Origin: Azolla caroliniana | Lineage: Eukaryota > Plantae > Polypodiophyta | NCBI GenBank assembly: GCA_043228905.1 | Contig: JBHGNT010000004.1 | Location: 8,060,001 to 8,124,000, forward strand | Direction of reading: 5' to 3' | Length of the DNA: 64,000 bases | In this document: positions 13,819-28,355 of the stretch, in pieces | Numbering within the stretch: the first letter of the stretch is position 1 | How the letters are laid out: the number at the start of each line of letters is the position of its first letter | Notes under the pieces: generated by a model | What the model was told of the DNA's origin: nothing | The model's input: only the letters and a program-made list of their open reading frames with translations | The model's database searches: none | Program-made: the position numbers and the translations under genes

Positions 13819-16800
13819 TGTAATACGAGAAATATTGTTTTCATTTATTATTTCACTTAGGAAATCCATGTATATTCTAGATTTCTCTAGAACATTCTAG
13901 AAATGTCAAGAATACTCAGGCTAAGCACACTATAAAAAGAGGCACATGGCATTATTGAGAATCAATTCAGTTCAATGTCAGTCTTAAGCCTCCTAGTTGT
14001 TCTTGTATCTTTCTCCTTATAATATATATCTTTTATTGCCATCATCTCTCTCTTTCTCTCTCTCCTCTCTCTCGTGAGTTCCACACCATCTTTTCCTCTT
14101 AAGTACTCATAATACTCATCCTCCTCTACCTCTAATACTAATTCCCTCTCCGTCTTTAGTACTATTCCTGACAGTTTGAACCGAATTTCTCCATCTTCTT
14201 ACTCCTCCCTCCCATCATACTAATCCTCTTATCCCTCCTTCCTTCAATACTATGGCAATTGTTAACGCTCAAGAATATCAATCCGTTTTCTCGGAGTTGC
14301 AATGCTTGAAAGAAAGGTTTGTTGTATTGGAACAAGAAAATCAACGACTGCTGGGGGATCTTCAACAAATCTCTTTAGAAAAGCAGCAAACGCAACAACA
14401 ACATGGGGAGTTGCAACAACACCATGAGGAGCTAGCATTATGCGTGCAACAACTTGAAGCAACTATTGTAGCATTGCAACAACAAGGACCAAGTACTCAA
14501 GGGATTCATAAAGAGCCCAAGATCGGCCTTCCTATGAAATTCGATGGAATGTGATCATAGTTCAGAGCATTCCTTAATCAGGTACAATTAGTCATTCAAA
14601 TGCATCCTTCTCAATATTCCACCGATGCATCACGAGTGGGTCTAGTAGGCACGTTGCTAAGCGGCTCAACTTTGGCATGGTTCACTTCGTTGTTAGAAAA
14701 AAGATAACCATTACTAAATAATTTTGAGGAGTTTATAATCAAGTTTAAAGCCCGTTTTGGAGATATTGATAGCATAAGGATGACAATCACCAAAATCCGA
14801 CGATTACATCAAGGTGATCGTCTAGCCTCTGCTTATGTTGCAGATTTTAGTCTACTCTCCTATGATATCCCCTAGGATGATCAAGCATTGATGGAGCAAT
14901 TCCGATATGGCCTACAAAATGATGTCAAAGACTTACTCCTAACTTTCTCCAAAGAACCAAAATCGAACACAGAGGTAATCAGTCAAGCTGTATGAACATT
15001 AGTTACAAATGCCAAGGACCAGGTCGGAGCCCACATATGCCTCGGTCGTAGCAAAAGCATTTGCAAGGGAATCATATAATGCATCTCCAACAAGTACTCC
15101 AACATCGATGGAAATCGACACCACATGTCGTCGTGGACTATAACGGAAGAAGAAAAGCATTGACACTGAGCAAATCGATTATGTCTTTATTGCGGAGGAC
15201 CAGGGCATATCGCAGTAAACTGTCCATATAGGCCAAGAAGATAGGTAAATCAAATAGTAGCTTGTACTAAACCTGAGTCTATTTCAGTAGGAGTGTCTGA
15301 TAGTCCTAATAGTACTAATAGCCCGAGTTTATCGAACAAATTTGAAGTCCTTGGTCAATTAGAAAAAGAGTTAAACGACTAAGTCTAGCCAAAATAGGAG
15401 CTGTTTGGTTGGACAACCCTACATCTGTGCAACCCATTAGTGGTTCCATTCCCTCTTTGAAAGTTAGCAATGTGTTCTTAGCTCTAGTAACAATTAGTAC
15501 TAAAAGTACCCCTCCAGTACATGTTTTAGTACTCTTAGATTCCGGAGCCAATTCTTGCTTCATGGATAGGAATTTTGCCCAAGCTCATTAGATATCCCTA
15601 AGAAAGCTTCCTTGCCTAGCATTTGTAATAGTCATTGATGGTCGCCCCATTGCTTCCAGAAATATCATAGAAGAGTTAAAGCCGATTCAGGTTGTCCTAG
15701 ATAATTTGGTGTGCGTAGTATCATTTAATATAATTAGTAGTCCAGAGCATCAAAATTGTCTTGGGGTTACCATGGTTCGAATTACATAACCCAAACATAG
15801 ATTGGAGAACAAGAGAAATCCGGTATCAACAAACCTGAGGATCCAATCATCGAATTTCAACCATTTCGCTACATCAATTGCATGAGGAAGGCCGCAAGGT
15901 ATCAATGTTTGTATTCGCATCATCAATAAAACCTTCCAACACCACTAAAGAGGAATCCATAGTTCAACCTCTAGAGAAGTATCGTCATTATGCTGACGTG
16001 TTTGATAAGGTACAAGCCAGTACTCTTCCTCACCATTGACAATATGACTGTCCCATTGATTTACAACCAAGAAAAGAGCCACCATGGGGACCAATCTACA
16101 ACTTGTCACCAACCGAGCTACAAGTCCTTCAAGCCTACATAGAGGATAATTTGGCAAATGGGTTCATTCGACATTCGAAATCTCCAGCCGGCGCACCCAA
16201 TTTCTTTGTCAAGAAAAAGGATGGTTCACTTCGTCTCATCGTGGATTATAGTGGCTTGAATAAGGTCACCATCGGGAATAGGTATGCACTTCCCCTTATC
16301 TCGAGTCTTTTAGAACAGATTCATGGTGCAAAGTTCTTCACAAAGATCTACTTATGAGGAGCATATAACCTCGTACGGATCCGACCGGGAGATGAATGGA
16401 AGACCACTTTTCACACCCGATATGGGCACTTTGAGTATACGATTATGTCATTCGGTCTCACCAATGCGCCAACAGTCTTCTAGCACATGGAAAATGATAG
16501 ATTCTGAGATCTCTTGGATATCTATTTGATCATCTATTTGGATGATCTACTAGTTTATTCGAAGAATCAAGAAGAGTATGATGCTCACATGTACTATTAG
16601 TGCAACCATGTGGAATTTCTAGGCTATGTCATCTCCTCAGAAGGCATCTCTATGGATCCAGCTAAGGTCAAAACTGTGGTAGAGTGGCAGACTCCATGTT
16701 CGTTGCGAGATGTGCAATGTTTTATAGGCTTCGCAAATTTCAACCGCAAATTTATATAGGACTACTCAAAGCTTATCTTGCCTCTCACACAACTTACCAA

Positions 16801-17387
16801 GAAGGGTGGTTATTTGTTTGGTCTAAGGAAGCAGATACGACTTTTCTAAGTCTTAAGAAAGCATTTACATCAACTCCTATTCTAGCTCATGTTGATCTGA
16901 AAAAACCGTTCATCATTGAGGCAGACGCGTCGGATTTCGCCCTTGGTAGCATTCTATCACAACAAGGCGATGATGAAAAACTACATTCTGTAAGTTTGAC
17001 GCTGCCAAAATCAATTACAAGATACATGACAAGGAGCTATTAGCAATAGTGGACTCTTTTGCACAATGGAGGCATTTTTTAGAGGGATCTTCTCATCAAG
17101 TCACCATATTCAATGATCACAAAAATCTTGCCTAATTCCAAAATGATCGTGTATTAAATCGACGACAAGCTTGGTGGGCCCAATTCCTCACTCATTTCGA
17201 CTTCAAAATTACATATCGTCTTGGGAAGTAGCAAGGGAATGCAGATGCATTATTGCGGCACTCATATCTAGCACCTCATCCCGGTGATCTAGCATTTGAT
17301 AATCAAAAGCATGTAATCTTGGGACCAACACGACTGCAAGCAACATGGGTTTTTGACACTCCATTGGATTCCCGCATTATCGAAACG
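13819..17387 (+). mobile_element. Degenerate Ty3/gypsy LTR retrotransposon (chromovirus/Tcn1-like gag-PR-RT-RH), 3' part lost
   Basis: Putative LTR starting TGTAA at 13819 with TATA-like CTATAAAA; gag KEPKIGLPMKFDG; protease LLDSGA; [20 protein letters not shown] and YLDD; RNase H IEADASDFALG; many stops. Confidence 0.85.
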
Positions 17388-17612
17388 TGTTGAGAATCGA
17401 ACTCAACTTCCCATAGAGACAGTGTTCACACTAACCAGTGGACAACATACTAGGCTAGTTTGTAATTAGTGGAAAGGGCACTTGTCCTCAATAAGTTGAT
17501 ATTTAAACCAACCCTTTGTAACTTAGTTACTGTTGGATGTAATTCTATTTTTTCTAATACAACTTCTACTTCAAGCTCTCTCTCTCTCTCTCTCTCTCTT
17601 GCCTTACATGTA

Positions 17613-17694
<82 letters not shown>

Positions 17695-18664
17695 TCGCTT
17701 CCGTTGCATAGCACCACGTACGTCTCTCCTTCTTTACATGGTATCAGAGCGTGTGGTTGTTTGATCAAACTCGCTCAACTGTGTTGTGATCACAACACCG
17801 ATGATCGACAAAACCGGTTCAAGCAACAAAGAAAGAAATCAACATCATGAATACCCAGATGGGAAGTACTCTTCCTACGGAGAAGCTCGATAGGACAAAC
17901 TTTGCATCATGAGAATACAAGATGCATGAATACCTTGTCAGACAAGGTTACTAGAGCTATATCGAAGGAGCTCAGGAAACGCAAACCAACACACATCGAC
18001 TACCCAGCGTGGGAGCAGGTCGCAAGCCATGTGTTGTATTGCCTTGCATCATGCGTACATGATCACATGCTCGGCTATATTCGAGAGTTGAAAACGCCGA
18101 AAGAAGCTTGGGGCAATCTCAAGAAGATTTTTGCGGCCAATACTGTTGCACGAAAGCTCCAACTCCGATAGAAGTTGAATAACATGCAACAAAGGAATAT
18201 GTTGATCACCAGCTATACCTTGAAGATCAAGGAGCTGTGCGACGCCCTCGGATCGATCAACGTCGTTATTGATGATGACGAAATGGTACAAATATGGTTT
18301 GATGGCTTGGCACCTCAATTCGGAATGATTACATCAACCATTCTCGCAAAGGAGAATCCACCTTCCTTTTTCGACCTTCAGTCGATACTATTGGTGGCGG
18401 AAAATCATACCCAACAAAGGAATAATGCACCCGATGGTCAGATCCTCTACTCCCAGTCGAACGATAGAAGAGGATTTGGTTGAGCAAATAGAGGTTGATT
18501 CACTCGAGGGCGACAAAAAGCTAGCCGACCCAAGAACGCAACTCCTACCAATGGAAAGATGGTAGGAGCAATCCTAGAGAGTTTAGTAGAAGGAGGAGCC
18601 ATCCTAACGAACCGAACCATCGCAATAACCCGATCGAATGCGGGTACTATGGAAAACTCAACCA
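17388..18664 (+). mobile_element. Truncated Ty1/copia element A: 5' LTR 17388-17738 (TG...CA, contains (CT)n(CA)n), tRNA-Met PBS 17739-17750, decayed gag
   Basis: TGGTATCAGAGC directly after CA; gag motifs EKLDRTNF and ITSYTLKIKELCDALGSI. Confidence 0.85.
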
Positions 18665-18876
18665 CTATTTGCTCAAATCAAAGGCAAGACCCCACGCCGG
18701 GTGGTTGTGTTGCTTGAATGTGTGGGTTTCATAAGGGCTAGAGTCGAGGAGTATGAGCAACAGTTGCAAAAAATGAAGACTGGCTTGAATGTCAGGGTCA
18801 GGGACATCGAGGTATGTACGGAGGAAATGTCGCTTGACCTGGATCATTCCAGCTTCCGTTGGAGCAGTGCTCGGGG

Positions 18877-21800
18877 TGTTGGGGACAAGGCCGTCAATGC
18901 GGAAGTGCAAGCAACATTCGTGATGAAGAAGAACCTGTGTATGCATGAGTAGGATTGACACAGAATGAGAGAGAGAGAGAGAGGCACAAAGGAAACATTA
19001 TATTCCAATAGCAACAGTTACAAATTACAACCAACCTTGACTAAAGGTTACAAAGTCACTTTATATAGTGACTATCCTAGGGCAACTACCCTTTATGCTA
19101 TTTACAGAAATAGCCCGAACTTGGGCTGTCCAAAGGGACAGTGTGAATACAGCCATTATACACTTGTATTCGACACTCCCCCGTAATGGGCGGATATATG
19201 GGTTATCTAAAGAATTACAACTATATATACAAGGTTTATCGGATAGATCGGTTTTTTCAGAGTCAGCAAGATCCGAAGACAGAAGACCGAATAGGTCAGG
19301 TCGGAAGAGCTAAAGCCGATCCTCAGAGAACTGATGTCGGTGGTCCAAAACCATCTTGTGCTGTGTGTCCGACTTTAACCAGACCGATTTTTCGTTACGC
19401 CCATCTGGTGCTAAAGGGACCGGAAACGATCCGCCGAAAGACACTTGGTCATTCCATCTGCGACATTATCGGTTGTGGATATCTTCTCGAGACCGATTTT
19501 CCCTGAAATGATGCAGTCCCGAACGAAGTGATATCGAACGTCGATATTCTTAGAGGCGTTGTGGTGAACCGGATTTTTTGACAAAGCAACAACACCCTGA
19601 CTGTCGCTGTAGACAATTGGAGCCGAGTCGGAGTCGACATGTCAAAACGTGTGCGCTAGCTGACCGAGCCATAAAGCTTCTTTTGCCATGTCAACGCAAC
19701 TACATATTCCACTTCGGTTGTGGAGGTGGCTGTGCACTCCTGAAGTTTTGACTTCCACGAGATTGCTCCACACAACCGGCGAAGTTCGAGTCAGTGTAAC
19801 CGACTACGCCTGAGGTTGAGTTCGGGCCGAAAAGAATGTCGTGGTCTTTTGTGCCAGCTAGATATCTGAACATATGCTTGACTACGTTCCAGCGTGATCG
19901 GTCGGGGTTGTGCATGAATTTGTTGACGACTCCTATGGCATGAGAAATATCAAGCCGTGCCGCGACCATCGCGTACATGAGGGAGCCGACTGCCGGTGCA
20001 TACGGTACCGACTTCATATCTTCCCCCTCTGGATCGGATGTCGGACATTCTCATTGAGACAGCCGGAGGTAAATGGGGAGCGGGGTCGAAGCAGACTTGG
20101 CCGATTGCATGTTGACGCGTTCTAAGACACGTCCGATGGAGTAGATTTGAGACAAGAAAAGTTGTCGTGTATCGCGATACCGACTAATCTTCATACCAAG
20201 TATGTGTCGTGCCGGACCGAGGTTCTTCATGGTAAACTTCAACTGCAGTTGCCTAATGAGTTCTATGAGCTCTCCGGCATGCCGACCAAAGAGTAGCATG
20301 TCGTCCACGTAGATGATGAGGAAGACGGGAGACCCGTCTTGAGCTATTTTGGTGAAGAGACTGTGGTCCTCATCGCTCTTTGAGAAGCCGACTGATTGGA
20401 TGAAGTCGTTGAACTTCTTGTACCACTGTCGGGGTGCCTGTTTCAGGCTGTAGAGACTCTTCTTGAGTCGGCAGACTAGATGTTCCTGGCCGGATGCCAC
20501 AAAGCCTTTCGGCTGCTCCATATAGATTTCCTCCTATAGGTCACCGTGGAGGAATGTCGTTTTTACATCTAGCTGAATCAGCTCCAAGTTGTCGATGGCC
20601 ACGACGCCGAGTATGAAACGAAGGGTCATCATTTTCACCACTGGTGAAAAGATTTCGTCGAAGTCGATGCCATATTCTTGTCGAAATCCCGTCGCAACTA
20701 ATTTGGCCTTGTACTTTGGGGTGGTTGAGTCGGACGTCTCTTTTAGTCGATAAACCCACTTACACGGAAGAGCACATCGATTCTTCGGCAATTCAACCAA
20801 GTTCCAAGTCTTGTTTTCCCGAATGGAGTGCATTTCCGACTCCATTGCCAGATGCCATGTGGCTGAATTGGCAGATGCCAATGCTTCTTCGTAAGACGTC
20901 GGTTCGCCGGCATCGGCAAAGAAAATTCCGGGAGAGTACCTCTCCGGAGGTTGTGACAGTCTCTCGGATCTACGAGGTATGATTGGACTAGTCGCACCAG
21001 GTGTCAATGTCGGATGGTCGGGAGCCGAGCCATTCGACTGTGCCAAATCGGTGGATTTGGTGCGAGAATTGTCGGTTACCCGTGAAACCGATCTCGTGTT
21101 GTGGGTTGGGCCATCATAAAGGGTTGGCAGTTCAGAAAATATTACCCTTCAGACTTCAATGGGCCTTTTGGCTGTTTTATGCATAACCGACTCGTTGAAC
21201 ATGTTACCGACCGACAAAGGAGTCCAGAGTGTGAAACGGGGAGTTGTTTAATTGTTAGGAATGGTTGTAAGTAAGCTATGAGTGTGGACGGACGGACCGG
21301 AATCGGTATGCCGTTCCGGATCCGGACCGATCCTGAACAGGTGCGGATGGCACCGTTTTGTAATACAGACCGGAAACCTATTTAAAGGCCCGGATACAAT
21401 GTAATAAGCAACGGTTAATTAATAAAGCTTAGTGTTGTTATCTCTCTGTGTTAATTGCCGTTCTGTATTCATTGTTATATCTTACGCGTGTGAATATTAA
21501 GGACGATCATGCTAAGTAACCTAATTAAGTCGGATTAATCGTTGAGTCTAATCCTGTTGCCGTAACACCCCTTTGGTGAAGTGTCTTCCGTAGACACCCT
21601 GTGTTAGGCCATTGTCCGGCCCTAAGAGTTAACACAGTTTTTGGCGACGACGATTCCTGTTTTTGCAATGAACGACGGCACGGATGGATGACTAGATCAA
21701 CGCACGACCTGGTTACAGATCGAACTCGACGCCTTGCCGAAAGGCAAAGGAGACGTGAGGCTTTCCAACAAGCGGCGCAAGAAATTAGAGCAGATCACTC

Positions 21801-24800
21801 GTTTTCCAACGTAATCCGAAGAGTAGCGGAGAACTCCCTCTGGTTACAGCAAACATCGCACCCGGATGACGGCAGCAGCCTAAGCAGCCTCCGGGAAACC
21901 GAATCCCTTCTCCAGGCGTTGGCAAACGGAGAAGGCAAAGCAGAAGCCTTTTTAGCGTATGAATCGGATTCCGAAGGGGAATACAGCGTGCACACGAACT
22001 ACCGTAGCAGCAACGAAACCCCGGGCGGACCAGAGGACGAAGGATCGGACACCTTACTGACACCGGAACCGGAATTACTAAGGCTGGAACCTCCGGAACC
22101 AGCAGAGGAAGAGCGACCTCCGACACCGGAAGTCGAGGAGGAGAGGCTTCCGTCACCAAAAGAAGAGGAAAGACCACCGACGCCGGAAACAAATCAGGAA
22201 AGACCATCGACGCCGGAGAAAAACCAGGAACGACCCCCAACACCGCCAGCCCACGCACCGATACCGGACGAGGACATGCCGTTCCAGTACTCTAGAGATG
22301 ATCCGGACGTGGAAGCTCATGTTCACGCCTTTGAACTGACATGGGAAGCAAACCATGTGTCCCAGCGATTGACCCCGGAAGAAGAGGAACGCTCTAAGAT
22401 AGCAGAATTTGGCATCACATTGGAGGGACCGGCAGCAAGATGGCGCCGGACGCAGGACCCGTCTACCATCACCACCTTTACAGATTTAAAAGCTAAATTC
22501 TTGCATTTTTTTCCAGAAGGAGGTGGACCAAACAGTCATGGTGGGCTTATTTTATACCGTCCGACAGTAGGCAGGGGAGAGCGTTCCCCAGTTTGTCATC
22601 CGGTTTCAAGTGATGCATAGTTAGCTTGCCCGCGCACCCCCGGAGGAGGAATTACGAACTATATTCCTAAATGCGCTCCGAGAACCCCTACGCACGGTTT
22701 GCACGGTAATTGACTTCCGCACAAGTACCATCGACCAGGTCATTGACCGGGTGAGAGAGATGGAAAAGACAAGCTCCTGGCTCACACTGGGAGCACTCCA
22801 ACGGGCGTTACCGTCCGATGAAGACCTCCGGTTTCGGCAAGCAATACAGTGCACAACCTGCTTGAATTCCGGACACTTGGCACTCGAATGCACTATGAGG
22901 ACGCAATGTGTAATCTGTCAATCCAAGGGCCACACGACGGATAGGTGCGAGTATAATCTATTGAACCGGCAAGCACTGCCCGTCTGACAAATAGAACCAC
23001 GCAGCAGCCGGGATGAAGAAGAGGAACGCTGGCGGCGAATGGACCGCGACTGACCGACACAGGATGTCCGGTATGGCGATTGACGAGAGAATGATGTCCG
23101 GTACGGTGATCGGCGGGATAACTATGACCGGCAGGATAGATATGATCGGTACCGGGATTACAATAGACGTTACGAACATTACGACCGGGAGCACTCCCCC
23201 GGGTATCGTCAGCAACAGGAGGAATACGGCAGATATAACGACCGACCTCATCAAGAGTACCGCAATAAGAAGAATTATAACAAGAAACGACATTTCAAAA
23301 AAAGCGGCTACCCACGGGATCCGGAACAAGGAGCTTCAAGCAGCCAACCGGCCCAAAACCCCGCGCTTACCACAGGACCGACCTCGGGTACAACAGACAA
23401 TGCCGAATCCAGCAATACCCGGAAAGCTTACTGCTACTACTGCCGACAGGAAGGCCATTATAGTAATCAATGACCGGCGAAGAGTTATGACAAACGACCG
23501 GCAGTAAATATGGTAGTCCCTGAAGTGGCAGATCTGCAGCAGGTGACCACAAGGTCGAAGGGCATGGCCAAGGAATGGGAGACGCAGGAGACCATCCAGA
23601 AGCAAGCAACGGAATGGGTGAAAAAAGCAAACGAGCAAAATGTCACAGACTTACAGCGGCAAAAGGAGAATACGGTAGGGCTTGCCGACGGCAGTCACTC
23701 CGAGAACGAGACATGGCTGGCGTTGCAAGAATGCCAGATTACGCTGCCACTAGGAAGACTCCTACAGCTCGTGCCAAGATTCACGGAAGGACTGAAGACG
23801 GCCATGACGGCAGGAGAATCATCACCGGCACCGGTACTCTTCTCGAATCCGGAGGAGGGACCAACGGTGGTGGACACCAACAGTCTGGTAATCACTACCA
23901 TTGTAAAAGGGAAAGAACTCCCCGACACAGTTATAGATGGAGGCTCTGGGGTGAATGTAATAAGCCTCCGGACGTGTAATGCCCTGGGAATCCACGAGTG
24001 GGAGCCGTGTCCGTTCTGGTTACGGATGGCCGATACAAGCTCAGTGCGGCCGACAGGATTAATACGGAAATTAGAAGTCACCGTGGGCAGTCATACATTT
24101 CACATCTCGGCAGTAGTGCTACAATTACAGGCACAAGGTGCATACCCGCTATTGCTGGGGCGGCCGTGGTTGAAAACGACACATATCAAACAGAATTGGA
24201 GGAAAAATATAATTACCTTCCGGCAAGGAAAAGCCAAGGTACGGGTACCAACACAGCCAAGGACGAGCACTGGCAAGGAATGTACACCGTTGTATGCAGA
24301 GTGCGTCAACATGCTAGAAGGGTTAGCTGACGAAGAAGAAGCTCAGTACTTGCAGGAAAACCCGAAGATCATACCCCTCTTCGAAATTGACATTGCCGAA
24401 GCAGTAGCACCATACTTACCGGAGCCGGAAGAGGCTGAAGCAGAACCGGATAAAGACGCAATCCGGGAGTTACGGCAAGCGCAGGAAGCGTTGGAACGGG
24501 AAATGGTCGTTTCACAGCACGTAAAAGCGTCGCAACTTGAGGAAGTGAACCTAGGAACCATGGACGAAGCAAAACCGGTGCACATTGTCAAGGAGATGAA
24601 GTCCGAAGACAAAACGGTGATGATTACACTTCTCACGGAATTTCGCGATGTGCTCGCCTGGTCATACGAAGACATGCGAGGACTCAACCCTCAGTTATAC
24701 CAGCATCAGGTTCACTTGTGCAAGGACGCAAAACCAATGGCACAAAGACAGTACCGGATGAATCCCAATTATGCCGCCAAGATCAAGGAGGAAATCGACA

Positions 24801-27800
24801 AACTGCTAAGAGTTGGCTTTATCCGTCCGGTAAAGGAAGCGACATGGCTGAGCCCGATCGTAGTCGTACCGAAGAAGAACGGAAAAATTTGAGTTTGTGT
24901 GGACTACCGGAAACTCAATGCGGCTACGGTAATGGATGCGTTTCCACTTCTGTTCACAGATGGAGTGTTGGATGTCGTCGCCGGCCATGAGGTCTATAGC
25001 TTTCTAGACAGAATCAGCGGGTATAATCAGATTCGGATGCACCCCGACAACCAAGAGAAAACGGCTTTCGTCACCGAATGGGGGGTGTTTGTGGTCGTGG
25101 TGATGATGTTCGGACTCAAAACGGCACCGACAACATTTCAACGAATCATCATGGAAATCTTTGGTGAATATATCCCGACTTTTATGTAGGTTTTCCTTGA
25201 CGATTTCGCTGTCTATAGCTGGGAGGAGGACCATTTTCAGCACCTCTGTCTTTGTCTAGAAAAGTGTAGAGCGTATCGGCTAAGCTTGAATCCAGCAAAG
25301 TGTGTATTTGGCGTGTCCAGTGGAACCTTATTAAGACATATTGTGAGCCAGGAAGGTATTGCAGTCGACCCGGACAAAGTGAAAGCCATATTAGAAGCAC
25401 CGGCGCCGGCAACGGCAAAGGCATTGAGCTGGTTCTTAGGCCAGATCCGGTGGCACAGCCGGATGCTCCGATACTTGGCCGACCTGGCTACACCGTTGCA
25501 TGCCGCCGTCCATCGGACACCATTCCAGTGGACCGACACCGAGGATAGGGCGTATAGGGCCCTCAAGGTAATGTTGTCGCAAGCACCGGTAGTGCAGCCT
25601 CCGGATTGGAGTAAAGAATTTCATGTATTCGTGGACACCTCCGACATCGCAATCGGAAGCATATTGATGCAGCTTACGGAGCCAAAGTGGTACCAGCCAG
25701 TGTACTATGCCAGCCGAAAGCTATCCCAAGCGGAACGGAACTACTCTACCACGGAACGGGAAGCTCTAGGGATGATCTACAGTGTGACAAAGTTTCGGCA
25801 TTATTTATTGGGAAGGAAGTTTTCCTTCCATGTAGATCATTCGGCACTCCTTTACCTGGTGTCCAAAGCGTCACTCACTGGTAAGTTGGCCCGGTGGACC
25901 TTACTGTTATAGGAATTTGAGTTCGAAATATTCCACCGACCCGGGATACAGCATGCCGTAGCAGATTACTTAAGCCGATTAGAGTCCGGAGAGACGAGTG
26001 ACGGAGTAGCGGACAAGTTTCTAGATGTGGAGCTGTTTCGAGTCACTACGGAAACGGCAGCAGATGAGACGGTGGCACAGGAAGACAAGTGGCTCACAAA
26101 TATGCACCAGTTTCTGAGCACAGGACTGCCTCCGGAAGAGATGAACCGGGACGAAAGGAAACACCTGGCAGTGCAAAGCCGACATTTCTGCTTACTACAA
26201 GACACACTTTACCAAGGGCGCGGATGGCATATGGAGACGGGTTGTGCGTAGCGATGAAAAGGACCTCATACTGAGGGAAGCCTACTGCGGAGTTGTCGGA
26301 GGTCACTATGCCGGAGATGCGACGGCTAGGAAAATATGGCAAAGTGGCCTATGGTGGCCAACGACATTAAGAGATGCGGTACGGTACACAAAAGAATGTG
26401 ACCTATGCCAGCGAATGGGCCAGCCAACAGAGCAGGCTCGTATGCCACACCAGCCTGTACTACCACTCGAGCCATTCCAGAAGTGGGGGCTGGACTTTGT
26501 TGGACCGTTCAAACCACCGGCAATGAGAACAGGTAATCAGTACGTCATCGTTGCGACGGATTACTGCACGAAATGGGTGGAGGCTGAAGCCTTAAGAGAT
26601 AACACCGTTGCGTCGACGGCAAAATTTCTATACGAGTACATCTGGTGCCGTTACGGATGCCCAATCGAATTAATAAGCGACCAAGGCGGACACTTTCTCG
26701 GCCAAGTAGTTGAAAGCCTGACGACATTCTATGTCGTTGTCCATAAATGGAGCACACCATACTGTCCGCAAGCAAACGGGTTAGCTGAATCGACGAACAA
26801 AACGTTCCAGAATATCCTCCGGAAGATCATCAACGAAAATCGAACGGATTGGGATACCAAGCTACATAGCGCGCTTTGGGCATACCGAACGGCATATAAA
26901 ACGAGTATCCGAACAACACCGTTCCGGTTAGCGTTCGGACTAGAGGCGATAATGCCGGTGGAATTCCAAGTACCCAGCTTACGGATCCAGCTACGGGAAC
27001 GGCTGAAAGAGAAGGAGTTGGAGGCAATACGGTTAACAGCACTGTGTGAACTCGAGGAACAACGACTGGCACGCATCCTGCACTTAGAATTGGAACAACG
27101 GCGATGGAAAGCATTTGTCGACCGACACAGGAAAGGAAATGAAAAAATGTTCGCAATCGGCAAGCCGGTGTTCCGAATCGTGGCACGGACGATTCTGTCT
27201 AGCTTTAGCCACTCGTTTGCCTTGTATGCTTCTGGAGGATTTTCATTCTCAATCGGGTCTATCTATATGAGATAGTCTTGCATTTGTTCCTTCCAGAAGT
27301 TGAAGTTCGAACCGTCGAACCTCCTTAGACTCATCTCCGATGAGCCGGATGTTGATGCCATCTGCTTCTGTTTCAGTTGGTAAGACTCGGTTCGGAGTTG
27401 ATTACGAACCTTAGTGGGGTGTAGCCGGTCGGCTCACCCGATATCGTTCTAGTCGGTTTTGAATCCGAGTCGGTTTGGTTTCGGATACTTGTTGCTGAAC
27501 TTGCTCGGAGTGACTCCGGTAACTTGAGGGACAGAACCGGTTGGTCTTCTCGAATGTTGTCGAGTCGGAGTGTGCCCAGTTAGCTTCCGATTGTATGCCG
27601 AATACCGATTACACGAAACCAATTGTTTGGGCCGATTCTGCTTCAGATGACTGCAATGATGAGAGGGATGGATCCAATTGATCCTCCTGAATGTCGATCA
27701 GCTGAGTGAAGCCCGAAGTGGTTGTTGCTAGGAGACCAATCTGCAGCGGGTGGTTACAACAAGCGGGTGAATAGCGTCCGGTGACCTATTCGGATGTTGT

Positions 27801-28129
27801 TTAGCCGAATGAAGCATGATTGGGTCGGTTGTTGCTCAAGGAGCTCCCCTCAAGGAGTTACAATCACAGGAACAGAGTACAACCGACTGGCTTACTCCAA
27901 TTTGTGATTTAACACAGTGAGATGCGAGCTTTTTGTTTTTCTTCTCCCTTCTATGTTCTTCAAAGAAAACGAAAACAAAATGTTGTGTTGTGCGATGACA
28001 GCCGACAGCGGGTTGAAGAACCTCCAACGCTCTGATACCAAATGTTGGGGACAAGGCCGTCAATGCGGAAGTGCAAGCAACATTCGTGATGAAGAAGAAC
28101 CTGTCTGTGTATGCATGAGCAAGAAAGAC

Positions 28130-28164
<35 letters not shown>

Positions 28165-28355
28165 CACAAAGGAAACGTTATATTCCAATAGCAACAGTTA
28201 CAAATTACAACCAACCTTCACTAAAGGTTACAAAGTCACTTTATATAGTGACTATCCTAGGGCAACTGCCCTTTATGCTTTTTACAGAAATAGCCCAAAC
28301 TTGGGTTGTCCAAAGGGACAGTGTGAATACGGCCATTATACACTCGTATTCGACA
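18877..28355 (-). mobile_element. Ty1/copia element B with both LTRs (5' LTR 28043-28355, 3' LTR 18877-19175), internally deleted
   Basis: Paired similar LTRs; PBS (revcomp of TGGTATCAGAGC) at 28029-28040; PPT-like CTCCCCC at 19176; TSD CGGGG/CAGGG; gag start MASTSGSSEMSLRRFDGSNF at about 27360; RT motifs QLDVKT.FLHG, LKKSLY.LKQAPRQW, YVDDML. Confidence 0.92.
21202..27170 (+). mobile_element. Ty3/gypsy non-chromovirus (Athila/Phygy-like) element nested in copia B: 5' LTR 21202-21634, gag-PR-RT-RH-IN, 3' end deleted
   Basis: TGTTA...TAACA LTR; PBS TGGCGACG at 21642; protease IDGGSGVN; RT WLSPIVVVPKKNGK; RNase H VDTSDIAIG and NYSTTERE; integrase H-H-C-C-like region with WGLDFVGP, SDQG, QANGLAE. 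Confidence 0.92.

Noticed and set aside
17450-17850. CV/TH dipeptide-repeat ORFs
   Set aside because: They are translations of the (CA)n tract inside a copia LTR.
21785-27186. Many antisense and overlapping ORFs in the gypsy element
   Set aside because: Expected shadows of GC-rich gag-pol sequence with no independent motifs.
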